From Octopus sinensis (taxonomy: Eukaryota): a DNA stretch of 64,000 nucleotides. The notes under the pieces were generated by a model that was given only the letters and a program-made list of their open reading frames with translations, ran no database searches and was not told the DNA's origin. A program made the translations under genes and the position numbers. Shown one piece after another: positions 40,134 to 53,679 of the stretch. Position 1 is the stretch's first letter. Every line of letters starts with the position of its first letter. The stretch is taken from assembly GCF_006345805.1 (NCBI RefSeq), contig NC_043005.1, forward strand, positions 70,308,001 through 70,372,000, read 5' to 3'.

Positions 40134-41712
40134 AGTAATAAGCTCTTATATACAATCCGTTCTGTCTATCTGTGTGTATATCCTCTCGAATCTCGATAAT
40201 CCTCCATCCAATTGCACTCAAATATGATATGTTGATACTGACGATATCAGGACCTGTATAAGTCTTGAAAACTTTACAGAAATCGATTCCAGGTGAGAAT
40301 GCGATCGATAAAGCTGTTTTTGTCCTGCTTTCCTTCCGTCAACCTGTACATAACTACACTTTCCATTTTTTGGTGTTTTTGTACTGCGTAAAGGCACGTT
40401 TCTTTCCTGCCAGGCTTGCCATTTAAATCATGTTTGTGTTCTCCCAGTGAACAGCCTTATCATTACTGGTACTTTTAACTCTTCGGTTGCATATTTGTGT
40501 GAATAAAATCGTTTTTCTTTGAAATAGAAAAAGTCTATCTTTATTTCTTCTTTTGCTGGTATCTCAAATTTAGGTTAAATCAGTGTTTCGAAAAGGGCAG
40601 GCCTATGGGACAGTCGGACAAGTTGTTTTGAGAAAATTTGGCTTAAATGTCTGACAACTCAGCACCGTCCATTGGGCGGTGGGCGTTTTGCACGTAACAA
40701 TATATACACACACACATACGCACAAATATACATATCATTGCCTCTACAGAGATACAGTAAATTTGCATTGAATAAAATACTCAATACTGGTTGTAATATC
40801 AAAATAATATTTATTATTCATAATAATATTTGTTGGCTTTGAATATTCATTCATACATGCTTCCAAAACCATATTGCCCTGAGAAACAAATATCCGCTAA
40901 AATTCGAAATAAACAATCAGTATAATTAATAATACATATTATATAGTTATACATGTGTGTGTGTGTTTGTTTGTTTGTTTGTTTGTTTTTGTCAGTAAAC
41001 AGAAAATTTGCTGATATCCGGTTTACTGAGCATAGGATTCACATGCAATATAACCTGTGTTGTTGCTTACCACTCTTCATATTGCGATCAACTTTGTTTG
41101 TTAACCCTTAATCAGCGATGGAGACCGAAAATTCTGCTTCGAAAGTCTTAATCGATATTTTACGTTCTTGTTTCATTAAATTTTCCGCTGACTCCACAAT
41201 ATAAACAATCACAAAAGATGCATTTTAGTGGTTGTCATCATATTTTCAAGTGCTGCAGCAATAGGGAAAGTCATATTTATTTTCGGGATCATGGCTGATA
41301 CATCGGGATTACAAACATTAAAAAATAAATAGATAGAAAATAAATAAATAAACATTGAACTCTTAGAAAGTTTCATATACTGAACATTCAGACAACTGAA
41401 CAAATGGAAAATACAAATTCTTTCCTCTTTTCGAAATAAAGGAAAGAGATGATCATGTACGAAAGGCAAAGACAAAATATATTTAAAAGTATATAAATAC
41501 AAACTTAAACCGGAAATTGTCAATATATTTTCGTCTGCAAAGATTACATAATAACATGTTTGTCTGAGGAAAATGTAAACAGCGAAAAAGCTTACAGTAC
41601 GAAAACACCCTTGGAAATATTCGTGTTATTTTAAGATATTTTATGTAATTCTTGTACTCTTTTACAAACACAGACACACAAGCATATACATACACATACA
41701 CATATATATATA

Positions 41713-42996
41713 CTGGGTGAGGAAGCAAAATTTACAATGAACGTTAAGTTGCTTTTTCTAAGGAGGCACTAAGTCAATTCTTTTGAAACCTAGCATGTAC
41801 TGATGTCATACTCATACCTAACACTATTATCCTTACCCTTTCAGAAACTTTTGCCCATATGAGTAATCACGAAAGCAAACGTCAAAGAGAGTGTGATTTG
41901 CTGAATGCACTCGTCACACCAAAGGAGATTTCAAGGATAGTTGGAGTGTCCATAAAGACTGTTTATAATGTAAAGAATAGAATGACTATGAGCAAAACTA
42001 TTACGAGGAAGTCTGGAAGTAGAGGAATCAACAAAAAAACGTACTAAAGCTTTTATTAAAGCTCTCAAATCCCAAATCCTAAAGGATCCAACGAAATCCA
42101 TGAGAAAAATGGCAATTGAACTTGAGGTAGACAAGAAGACCATTAGAAATGCAATAAAATATGATTTGAGGTTAAAATCTTACACAAGAACACCAATACA
42201 TTTGTTGACAACAGCTATGAAGGAAAAGAGATTGGAGAGGTGCAAGAAAATTATTACATGGTTCAAGAAAAAGTCCTCCATTGTAACAATCTTTTCAGAT
42301 GAAAAGATCTTTACTGTCGATGCTGTTCTGAACCGCAGAAATGACAGATTTATTGCAAAATCAACAGCTGAGGTTAAGGGGACATTCAAAACAAAACATC
42401 CTGCACAAGTTAGGGCTTTTAGTGTTGTGGCTTCCGATGGAAAGAAAATGCCGATAAAATTCTACAAAGCTGATGAAAAGATCAATGTTAATACTTACTA
42501 CAAGACCCTGAGATACCAGGTATTGCCATGGCTTAAAGCAAACTACCCAGATGATAATTATGTATGGACACAGGATGGTGCTCCAGCCCACACAGCCAGA
42601 AAAATACAAGATTTCTGCAAATCCAATTTTAGCGATTTTTGGGAAGCATGTTTATGGCCGCCTTCTAGCCCAGATCTAAACCCTCTGGATTATGCTATTC
42701 CGTAGAACATGCTACCAATAGAACATCACACGGCAATGTCGACTCTCTTAAAGATACTATTACAGAAGAATGGAAGAAGTTGTCTCCCGAATATTTGAGG
42801 AACACTTGTACAAGTTTCAGGAAGCGTGTGAAGGCAGTTATTGAGAAAGAAGGAGAACACATAGAATAAAAACATTTTCTATTATGTAAATTTTCTTGTG
42901 GCAAATAAATTCTCATAACTTTCAATAAAATAATTGGTCATACACTGTCTTTCACTCCCTGCCTCAAAATATTGGAAATTTTGCTTCCTCACCCTG
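41713..42996 (+). mobile_element. IS630/Tc1/mariner DD37D (maT-type) DNA transposon, complete ends, frameshifted transposase
   Basis: 26-bp TIRs C(T/A)GGGTGAGGAAGCAAAATTT(A/C)CAAT with TA on both flanks. The ORF runs 41859-42869 with FSDEK, QDGAPAH and SPDLNPLDY, and 37 residues between the 2nd and 3rd Asp. Frameshifts near 42040 and 42700. Confidence 0.93.
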
Positions 42997-43004
42997 TATA
43001 CATA

Positions 43005-43168
43005 TATACGACGGGCTTCTTTCAGTTTCGGTCTACCAAATCCCCTCACAAGGCTTTGGTCGGCCCGAGGCTATAGTAGAAGACACTTGCCCAAGGTGCC
43101 GCGCAGTGGGAATAAACCCGGAACCACGTGGCTGGTAAGCAAGCTACTTACCACACAGCCTCTCATGC
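43005..43168 (-). mobile_element. SINE family 1, 5' half
   Basis: Matches the head of 7853-8252. Confidence 0.8.
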
Positions 43169-43424
43169 ACATATATATATATATATATATATAGCTTTTT
43201 GCCGAAATCATGGTTCGCTTTGTTTTCCTACTTTATTATCATCTTATAATCATCTCATAATAATGACTCTTATGACTACCTCAGTCCATCTAATTGTATA
43301 TATTTGTCGGTACCTGTCATAAAAAGCTTTTTTTCTTATTTGCAATGTGCATTTTCGTTGATTTTTCATATTTTACCCTTACATTTCCACGTGTATTTTA
43401 TATTTTCTTTTTGTAACATATTTC

Positions 43425-43479
<55 letters not shown>

Positions 43480-46400
43480 CATCTCTCAGTTTCCATGTAC
43501 CAAATCTACTCACAATGCTTTGTTCGTCCCAGGGATATACTAGAAGACACTTGCTCAAATATATATGTGCTTACAGTCTCGTGTTTGTGTGTGTGTGTGT
43601 GTGTGTGAGTGCGCGCGCTAACGCGTGTGTGTGTAAGGGTGTGTTTCAAACAAAGAAGTTCACGTAAATATTTCCTTCAAATCTAAGATGGAGTAAAAAG
43701 TGTACAGTAAATGAGATTAATACAAGCACAACCAATGAGATTTTGCAGCAATTCATTTCAATAAACATCACCCGATGTCCTTATCCGCCATCTTTATGAT
43801 GATGTCTTTCAGATAATTTATGTTGTGTGTATACATGTCTGTGTGTAGCACAATAGTGTATGCCAGAGTCATCTAAATATACGTAAGTTAATTGGTCTAT
43901 ATTTGCTGATTTGTTAATCCTTCAACAATTACTTCAATTGTGTTCTATCATCGCCATTTTCCAATTGTTCGTTGTTGTTTTACTTTTTATATATATTCTT
44001 TGCAACATCTTTAAATGCATTTTATTGTTATACGTATGTATTTATTTTGTTTTCTACATTATCACATACAGACATGTAAACATACATGCATTTACACACA
44101 CATATAGCGTGTGTAAATATGTGTGTATCGGGTTGTATACGCATATATTTATATGTATGTATGTATGTATGTACGTATGTATGTATGTATGTATGTATGT
44201 ATCTATGTATTTATGTGTATGCATACGCGTGGGAATGGATGAATGGACAGAAGTTTTACTTTTGCTGAGAAAATGGAAGGACCAACTCGTTCAAATGTTT
44301 GATGATGAATTAATGGTATAAATGGGGAACTGTTTGCTCTAGGCATTGCATCAAATAACATTGAAGACATGACACTAATGATAGTCTGATGTGTACCAGA
44401 TTCTTATATATATCAAGAGTGACATTCAAACTGTGCTTCAGTTTGTTTAATGCTTCATCAAAGAGTTGGTCAACTACTTTTCCAATTAACATACATGATA
44501 CTGCTAATCAAAACATCGGGTCTTAACTGGAAGTTTGTTTGTTAAACTATTTCCTTTTTGATGTCTACAACTTTGGCTTTGTTCTTCTTCAAACATTTTA
44601 AAATGCAGGAATGACTATTGATGTGTAATTTTAATGAAATAAGACACCAGTACAATTAAATAATTTCAACCTGTATTAGCGTAACTACTGAGAAAACAAA
44701 AATCTGCAATAGTCGTGTGGGCATCACTGTCTGAGAAATGGTAAGTGCAATTTTGTTTATGCTTCTCTATAGGTTGATCTTTAGCTCAAAACCAGCCGTG
44801 ATGCAGTATATATACGTTCAACAGATTTCCAGCGTTGACCTTTCCATTTCTTCTTATAGAAGACTTCATTGCTCTGTGTTGATTTCTTTATTATGGCCAT
44901 ATGTGACTTTAGAGAGTTTCGGCAACTACTTCTAGCAGGTTGAGCATACACATAAAGGTTTCTTTCTTGCTTATATCAGATGTTATCAAAGAAGGTCGGG
45001 CAGCCCACACGACTAGACCGGATACATTAGACTGGTCAGCTTCAATATATCATACTGCAAAAATAATACTTTGAGTAGGGGTTGGAGAAATCCTAAACAT
45101 AAAATTTATGAGTAATACAAATATCTCATTACCAAATATTCTTATTCAAGCATCATTGGTAATTATTTTGTAAACAATTATCTTAATTTTAATGTTTGAT
45201 TTCATACTCGAGAATTATTTCAATAGATTTCCCAAATATGATATCCTATTTCTGTGTTTTTCACCAAGTATAGAAAGTCTTTCCGATTCAGACTATCATT
45301 AGTTTTCTTGAATTCTTTTCACCTTATAAAGCTTCCTCTATCTATATCTAGCATCAACTGATCCGTCATGATTAATTGTTATAATTTCAATTTAACTAGT
45401 TTTCATTAAACCATTATTAAAGAAAGGAAATAATCAAATTGAGAAAATATTTAATTATAAGCTCCGGCTTATCTGAACTCGTAAGACTTTCATTGATATC
45501 TCTCATCTTAAATCTATTGGCTCATCATTCATACTAGTATACCAAAATCAAAATTTAAAACTCTGTAGGACATAGGAAAGTGGTTTACTTCGTTAAACTT
45601 GGTAAAAATTTACGAGTTTGTCGTAACTTAATATTTTCAAAAATTCAAAGGAAGTAGCCAACGACAAAACAAGAAAGACGTTCCATACTTTTGACAGTTG
45701 AGCTTGGATATGTTTGTCTTAAGATGCGGCTCAAACCGCTTGCAAAATGATTCGTATTCATCATTGAATCAACAAAAAACATGCTAGAAATGTATAATTA
45801 TTTCCGTTTTGGTTAGACACAAATATTTCATATATTATTAACGTAATAAGTGAGAAAATGTGTCCAGCTGGATATTAAAACTGTTTTGCAGCATAATACC
45901 GCCTTGAAAAGCACTTATCTCTAGCTTATAGTCATGCTATATACTAATTTCGAATAGTTTAAGGAGTGAGAGAGCTGCAGAAATTGTAGACTACTTGAAA
46001 AATAGATTGTATTATATATTTATGTCAGTTTCTGCAGTAAGTTCACGATATACATGGATCAACTTTGACTTACATCACTGAATGGTCATTAAAATAACTA
46101 GCTGTTTATACTGAAAACAAGTTAATCAATATCACTCTCTTATAATTCATGACAGGTGTGTATATTAGGCAAATCAATATTTGGTAGCTTTTCAGAGTAA
46201 AAGAGTTAACACCTGAAAAGTAACTAAAGTATATTAGCATCATATAATACGTTCTTTCTTTATTTTCATTTTACCCAACTAATGTAAGAGAAATAGAAAT
46301 TAACAAAAGCGTCTCGTGAAAAGTGAGAAAAGTGAGAGATGGAATGAGAAAGGAAAGCTCTGACTAACAGAGAAGTGAAAGGTGGGTCGAATGTCTGCAA

Positions 46401-46569
46401 TCTGCGACTATGGCTACTTTGAAGTAATCAACATATTGTGGGCACTACTTTGTTGCACTTTGCGGCTTAGTCATTTCTTTGAAGTTATTGAGTTATTGTC
46501 AAAGAAAATCGAAAGTATACACAAAAAGAAAAAAGCATACACAAATACATGCTGAGAGAGAGAGAAAAA

Positions 46570-46618
46570 CACATATACATACATATATATGCATATATAT
46601 ATAAATATATATACATAC

Positions 46619-46714
<96 letters not shown>

Positions 46715-46769
46715 CGTATATATATATTTATATACATATATATATATATGTATATATATATTATATATA

Positions 46770-46824
<55 letters not shown>

Positions 46825-46862
46825 ATATGCTTGTGTGTATATATATGTGTGTATATATATAT
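46570..46862. repeat. Degenerate (TA)n microsatellite
   Basis: Read directly from the sequence. Confidence 0.95.
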
Positions 46863-47978
46863 GGTAAATACACATGAGCTTATATAAATATCCGCTGAAG
46901 AATGTTACACTTTATAAAGATTTGCCAAAATTAATTATCAAATATTATATTCTTATAGCTAGTGTAGGTAGCTTTAATGTAAAAGTATAACTTGGCATAA
47001 TTTCTAAGAGGTGTTTATCTCCATTTCTGGGAGACTTTTAGCTTCAAGAAATTAAACTAGCTTAACGAAATTAATGCCATATGTCTTTACCGCTTTTCCA
47101 TGCCATTTCTTATACCTGAGCGCCAGCAGGCTTCAGAGAGCAAAACAAGAGAAAGGTAATGGATATAAATTGTTGAATGTATGCCGCATAATATCAAAGA
47201 GCACCATGAAATAGCACAGGTGTAATGTTCTGTTTTAACCATTTTATTTATACATGTGAAGACTATTGTGTTTACGTCAGTTAGTATCTAATTAATTGTA
47301 CCGCCAGAATTTACAGCCAAATGTATGTTACTGATCATAACATAAAGCCTTTGAAATAGGAAGTGTACAGTATTAAGCCACGTAAGAAATTAAATGTTTT
47401 GATTGAGATACGATACTAATTGAATCTTTATTTATTGCCGTGAGAGCCATGAAGTATATACTCATTTTCTTTACTGCAAATTGCATGTTGATAAACACAT
47501 CTCCGTCGCCTTTGACAATGAGAATTCACATGGACAACTATTGACGTGCGTACTCATTTAATGTGCAAATGCCTGAATAATACACAGATTCGAAGTTACA
47601 TATAACTTAATCCTGTGATGAAAGGTGTATGTTATCCCGAGTGTTAGAACGTAGAACGTTTAAGTTACAGTGCAATTGCTCATACAAGGTTTGGGTCAAC
47701 TTAAAGTTATGGAGCTACGGTAAAAGGGACCTACAATAGATCGAAACCGGGAACATGTGATTGAAAAATGATCGACTTAGCGTTTCGGTCACACAGTGTT
47801 CATCCACACACGCAGGTGCGTGCACGAACACACACGAACGCACGAACACATGTCTATATATATATACACATACACACACATATATATATATATGTAGAGA
47901 GAGAGAGAGAGGAGGGACAGACAGACAGACTGATAGAGATAAAGGTATAGATTGATATAGATACATATATATATATAT

Positions 47979-48280
47979 ATCACCGTGACCGGCCAGGCTA
48001 TCAGATGTTGTTACACATCGCTGGTCACAACGCGCTTCGCATTGTTTTAGCCTCGAAATGACGCCACCCCGCTGGCTAAGCGAGCAGGCCAACAGAAGAA
48101 AGAGTGAGAGAAAGTTGTGGCGAAAGAATACAGCAGGGATCGCCACCACCCCCTGCCGGAGCATCGTGGAGCATTAGGTGTTTTTGCTCAATAAACACTC
48201 ACAACGCCCGGTCTGGGAATCGAAACCGAGATCCTACGACCGCGAGTCCGCTGCCCTAACCACTAGGCCATTCCGCCTCC
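47979..48280 (-). mobile_element. tRNA-headed SINE family 3 (tRNA-Arg-like head), full length
   Basis: GGAGGCGGAATGGCCTAGTGGTTAGGGCAGCGGACTCGCGGTCGTAGGATCTCGGTTTCGATTCCC gives A and B boxes and a TCG anticodon-like loop. About 300 bp, ending in a TA tract. Confidence 0.8.
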
Positions 48281-48760
48281 ACACACACACACATATATAT
48301 GATGGCGGCGTTATTCCTCCATTCATCTTCCAACACGCCCTCAGACATGGTTCCTACATCAAGTGCCTGGTGTAGGTAGTGCTGCTCTAGGTCAAGAGGG
48401 TGGCTGCTGGAAGATCATATGTCTGGCAACAGGACTCTGCACCATACCACATAAGCAGCAGAGTCCAGTCATGGCTGTCAGACATATTCTCTTGTTTCCA
48501 GATTCGTCACTATTGCATATGGCGTTATTCGAGAACAGTCGTGGAGCTGCGTTTGGGAATTTGCATTTCCTTTTAGTCTTAATTTCTTCTACTGCTGCCA
48601 CTCGTTTCCTAATTATTAATTTTCTCTTCTTTGAATTTTGTCAATATTATTTCTTTGTTTAGTAGACAATCGGGACCATAATTTCGACTTCTGGTTTGTT
48701 GAAAACTGAGACGAATGAACTTCAACGTGATCGTTCAGTATGCCTGGTACGATAGCCAAA

Positions 48761-50050
48761 TATTGGGTTGGCTAAAAAGTTCGGTCGGCTTTTGCGGACA
48801 CTAAACCTCAAGCACCCCATTAAGTAAGTAACTTCGGTCTGTCCCGCGTGCATACCCACTAGTTAGATACTTGACACTTCAATGTAGCTCGACGCAAGCG
48901 TGCGATGAGACTGTATTTTGTGTCCTTATCGACAGCACGTGCTTTTTAATATTTGAAGATAGCGTGGAAAGCGACGGAAACTTGCAGTAAGATATGCAGT
49001 AAGTACGTTGAAGATACTGTCCCGAAAGGTGTGCGCCAGAAGTGGTTTTCAAGATTTCGATCGGGAGAGTTCTCGGTTCAAGTTGCACATTGCTCTGGCC
49101 AGCCAAATTGCTCTGGCCAGCGGCATCAAATCTGTTATAGGACCATGACGATCGCTGATATTTCCGAAGTATCTAAATTGTCTGTATCAACTTGGTTACG
49201 CCAGAAGGCTAAATATTCAGGAGCCATATCAATTGAATGAGACTAATCTTATTTCTTTATTGCCCATAAGAGGCTAAACACAGAGAGAACAAACAAGGAC
49301 AGACAAACGGATTAAGTCGATTACATCGACTCCAGTGCGTAACTGGTACTTAATGAGACTAATCTTGCCCTATGGATTTCCATCTGCGATTCGTTGCAGA
49401 AAAATGAAAAATAAACCCATCTCTTTTGAAGACAATTATGACTGAGATCGAAACATGGACCGTTTATAATAAGCAAAGCATAACTGATGGTGGGGGAAAC
49501 GCAGTAAAATTACAAACAACCTCTAAAGCAGGACTTCCCCTAAAGTAGGTTATGCTTTCAATTTAATGGGATGGGAAGGATACTGTTTCACGCATTTCTT
49601 CCCACCGACAGAACCGTCTATTTGGATGTGTTCTGTTACTAGCTTGATGGATTAAACGCAGCGATCTACCAGAAGCGTTTGGGAATTGCTAATTGTAAGT
49701 GTATGTTCTTTCATCATGACAATGCCTGACCGCACACGATGTCGACGCGGTAGAAGTTACTATGTACTGACTTGGAGGTTTTGACGCACCTTTCATATTT
49801 GCCCGACCTTGCGCCTTCAGAGTGCTACCTGCTTCGACTGAAACGGATGTAAAAATGCATCTGGAAGAGTTTTTCGCGAGTAAAGCCAGGAAATATTTTG
49901 AAAATGTAAAAATGAAGCTGCACTCGAGATGGCAAAAGATACGGGAATGAAACGGTTATTGGAGCAATGATTAAATAAATCGCTTTGTGTTCAAAACTTG
50001 TATCTTACTTTTGCTTAAGGAAACAGAACGGACATTTTGATCAATATTTC
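48761..50050 (+). mobile_element. Degraded mariner (DD34D-type) transposon
   Basis: Left end TATTGGGTTGGCTAAAAAGTTCG. HTH QKWFSRFRSGEFSV, then FHHDNA*PHT and SYLPDLAPSECYL, with many stops. A SINE interrupts it. Confidence 0.85.
49251..49351 (-). mobile_element. SINE family 2 3' fragment inserted in the mariner, 15-bp TSD
   Basis: AATGAGACTAATCTT at 49236-49250 and 49352-49366 flanks about 100 bp of the SINE 3' end. Confidence 0.88.
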
Positions 50051-51219
50051 TCAAATTACATCATACTTCCTGAAGTGGACAAGAGGTTGCCTAATATTGT
50101 TGTACGCACTATATGTTTGAAAAATGTCAGGACGAACATCACTAAAATGCATTTGATCAAAGGTTTACTCAATCAGGTCTAACTTGAGGCTAAAAAACAG
50201 CAACCTAGATCTAAACAGTCCAATTACATTCAAGAAATCATAATCGAAGCAAAATATTTGAGCTATAAGTTTCTAGTTACTATGTAGAAAGAAATGCTGC
50301 CAGCCATTTCTTTTAGATCTTCATACGATTAAATATATTTGCTTACATATCGACAAATACATATAATCTTATTCTATTTATCAAATACGAGAAGTATAGT
50401 TTATAAAGTCCCTCTGCTAAATAAGATTTGAGTTTATAATAATATTATGAATCACTTCTTCGTCAACCAAATTATTTTTATTCCTAATACTTAATGTTTA
50501 CTTTACATAATAATTCTAAACCTATGTTTCAAATGTGTGTGTGTGTGTGTGTGTATGCGTTCGTGTGTGAATTGTCTGCATAGATAGTCAGCTTGAAATG
50601 ATATATTGCATAATGAACTCTTTCAAAACCGTACATATTCGCACTCTCAGCAAAAAATTATTAATAAGATTTAGTTTGAAATCGAAAAAAAAATCGAGGG
50701 TTTTAAATTCCGATTTTCTTAAATCATGAAAAAGTGGCGGCCATTTTGTATTAAAGTAAAAAAAGAAATAATGTTTTAAATTCCAGTTTTCGTATGTTAT
50801 GAAAAAAGGTGATCATTTTTTTTTCTGTTACAGCTATTGCATATTTCCCAGCATGTAGGAAGAAAGAAAACTCGATGAAATGAACATGAAAGTGAATGAA
50901 TACAAAAGTGATAGTAGAATAGACAGGAAAAGAGATTAGATAAAGAGAAAAACATTAATTAGGAGAGAGGGAAGACAACAGGGTGTAAAAAACGAGATGT
51001 AGTTCTGTGCATGCAGAGGGAGAGCAGAATATTGATGGCATCGGAATATTCACACTTCTGTTGCTATCTCTAATGTCAGCAAATCTAAAGAGTTATTAGA
51101 TGTTTAAAACTCGTAGATTCAAAATGTGCAAGAATGTCTTCTTTCATTTATCGGGCTTTACCTTTCGTTCTCACCATATACATAGTGCTCCAACGTATCA
51201 TCTATTGAACAATAGCTAT

Positions 51220-51282
<63 letters not shown>

Positions 51283-51327
51283 TGAGTTGACAGGAATAAA
51301 GACATGTATAAATGTATAGGTATATAT

Positions 51328-51752
51328 AGGCGCAGAGGTGGCTGTAAGGTACAAACCACATGGTTCCGGGTTTATTCCCACTGCGTGGCACCTTGGGTAA
51401 GTATTTCCTACTATAGCCTCGGGCCTACCAAAGCTTTGTGAGTGGATTTGGCAGACAGAAACTTAAAGAAGCCTGTTGTATATATATATATATTTGTGTG
51501 TGTGTGTTCGCGTGTGTGTGTGTGTGTGTGTGTATGTGTGCATGTTTGTGTGTCTGTTTGTCCTGTAACATCTCTTGACAACCGATGCTGATGTGTTTAC
51601 GTTCCCATAACTTAGCAGTTCGGCAAAAGAGACGGATAAAATAAGTGCTAGGCTAACAAAGAAAAAGTCCTAGGGCCGATTTGCTCGACTAAAGGCGGTG
51701 CACCAGTATGGCCGCAGTCAAATGACTGAAAAAAGTAAAATAGAGTAAAAGA
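51328..51752 (+). mobile_element. SINE family 1, full length
   Basis: Colinear with 7853-8252. Confidence 0.85.
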
Positions 51753-52201
51753 CAGAAAGAGAATATGTATGGGTGTTTGGACATGAATAAAGACATATAT
51801 GTATATAAGTATATATGTGTGTTTGTACATATATGTATATAGCATTCAATATACACTATTAATTAGTTGGTCTTCAAACCCCTGATAACTCTTAATAGTG
51901 TAATCCCCATAGTATAAATCCATAACATTACGTTGTTCTTACTTTAACGGAACTGTAAATTATATATCTCCAGCACCTGGTTTTCGACTGCAAATTCATA
52001 AACTACAAATGTTTAGCGTGACAACTACATTAAGATGTGTATCTATAAGGATGTACACGTTATTATGGATCTATACCACATGGCTTGCTCCATTAAAATT
52101 CTTCAGGGATTTGAAGATCAAGTGAATTATACGGTGTACATTAATTGATATGTCTCTCTGGTTGTAGTACTTTTTGTTGACCTTACCTTAACAGAAATGT
52201 A

Positions 52202-52255
<54 letters not shown>

Positions 52256-52391
52256 AGCATACATACAGTCAACATATTTATCTATCAATTAAAAGTAAAA
52301 CTGAAAGACCACTAAAACAATAGACATCCCAACATGTTGTACTCATCTATACCTTCTGATTCAGTATCATATCACTCAGTACTTTCTTATA

Positions 52392-52424
<33 letters not shown>

Positions 52425-53679
52425 GTGCGTGTGTTTGCTTGATTGTACGTGTGATTCAACACGGAAAACATCTACACGGTAGCTAAGGTATACACAAATA
52501 ACATCCAAATCTCCGGCACACATTACAAGCTAATTTATTAATAAAATAACATCGCGGTATGAGTTCCTTAAAGTCGGAATTGCTGCAACTTTTTCTCAGT
52601 TACTTGTTCAACCAAATTTAAGGATAAACAATATTTTTGATTTTGTTTCGTGAGATATGTTCAACTCATTATCAGGACTACTTACGGATGAGGTACTCGT
52701 ACCAAGATGAAACTGATCATGTGATAAATAAGGATTCTCAGATGATCGTCATGTTTCAGTGAATACAATTTTAGCAATCACTTTTGAACGTAACGTATAA
52801 TATAGCAAGTGTGCTAAAACCTGACTATTGTATAGTGTTACTTTGACACCGTAGCCGGGCATCATGTGCACTCTTGCTAGCATTGTTTACAATAGTTTAT
52901 TTCTTTAAACAGTTCTAGTCATTAGAAAGAAGTTAAGCTGAAACACAGCTCTCAAACTGAAAAGTCGATCATAAGAGTCTTATTACGTATTTTGGTCTTG
53001 TACACATCAATATTCGTTTCTCGAACAACTAGTTTACCGAACATAAGGGTTCACCACATAAAAAGTAACTGAGCATTGGCTTTGGAATAGATAGATTTAA
53101 GATTCCTCAGAATGTTAATATATATTAGTTTCCATGCAGTCTTTTCAAATATACTACTCCCGGTTGTCTTTTCTAATTACATCTCCATGAAACACTGAAC
53201 ATGGACCATTAAGATATAAAATTTTAGAGTATTTCATATTGATAAGATATCACATTTCATTCTTAGAGCAACTTCTTCAATACCGAGTTATCGTACATAT
53301 GAGATCTTCAATCACACAGAGATAAAATAACTCGATACGATATAGATTTAAATAATTTTCTACAAAGCAGGAGCTTTGTAAATTGTATGAATAGTGATGT
53401 TTTGTTTTTTAAAAACAATAAGAGAATGAAAAGAATATTTAATTTCTTACAAAATGAAATAAATATATGAAAAATATATTTTTTACTGATACCAAACCAC
53501 GTTTCACTATTATATTACCCTATTCGAAGTAGTCACACTAGGAATTTTTGAATAGTTAAAAGAAAATTCTGATTTATAATATTAAGATATTGAATGTGAT
53601 ATACAGCTTTAAAAATGATTTTGACTTAAGTGAATGTAAATTATTCTTTTTCGGGGTAGACTGATGTTTAGCTGTTAAT

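Noticed and set aside
41101-41115. piggyBac-like end TTAACCCTT
   Set aside because: No matching opposite end or transposase remnant found.
44710-45015. 13-bp inverted repeat TAGTCGTGTGGGC about 290 bp apart
   Set aside because: Too short, no TSD and no second copy in the window, so it cannot be called an element.
47979-48280. Functional tRNA-Arg gene (similar heads at 37332 and 7853)
   Set aside because: No acceptor-stem closure or Pol III terminator. The head continues into a repeated SINE body.
48363-48662. Overlapping ORFs with weak Tc1-like words (NSDES, MIFQQ)
   Set aside because: Spacing is incompatible with a DDE domain and there are no other motifs.
52640-52730. Further hammerhead-like fragments (GGATGA-GGTAC-TC-GTACC on plus; CTGATAA-TGAG..CTCA-CGAAAC on minus)
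   Set aside because: Core mismatches, and no stem I/III could be assembled. At most a decayed PLE tail.
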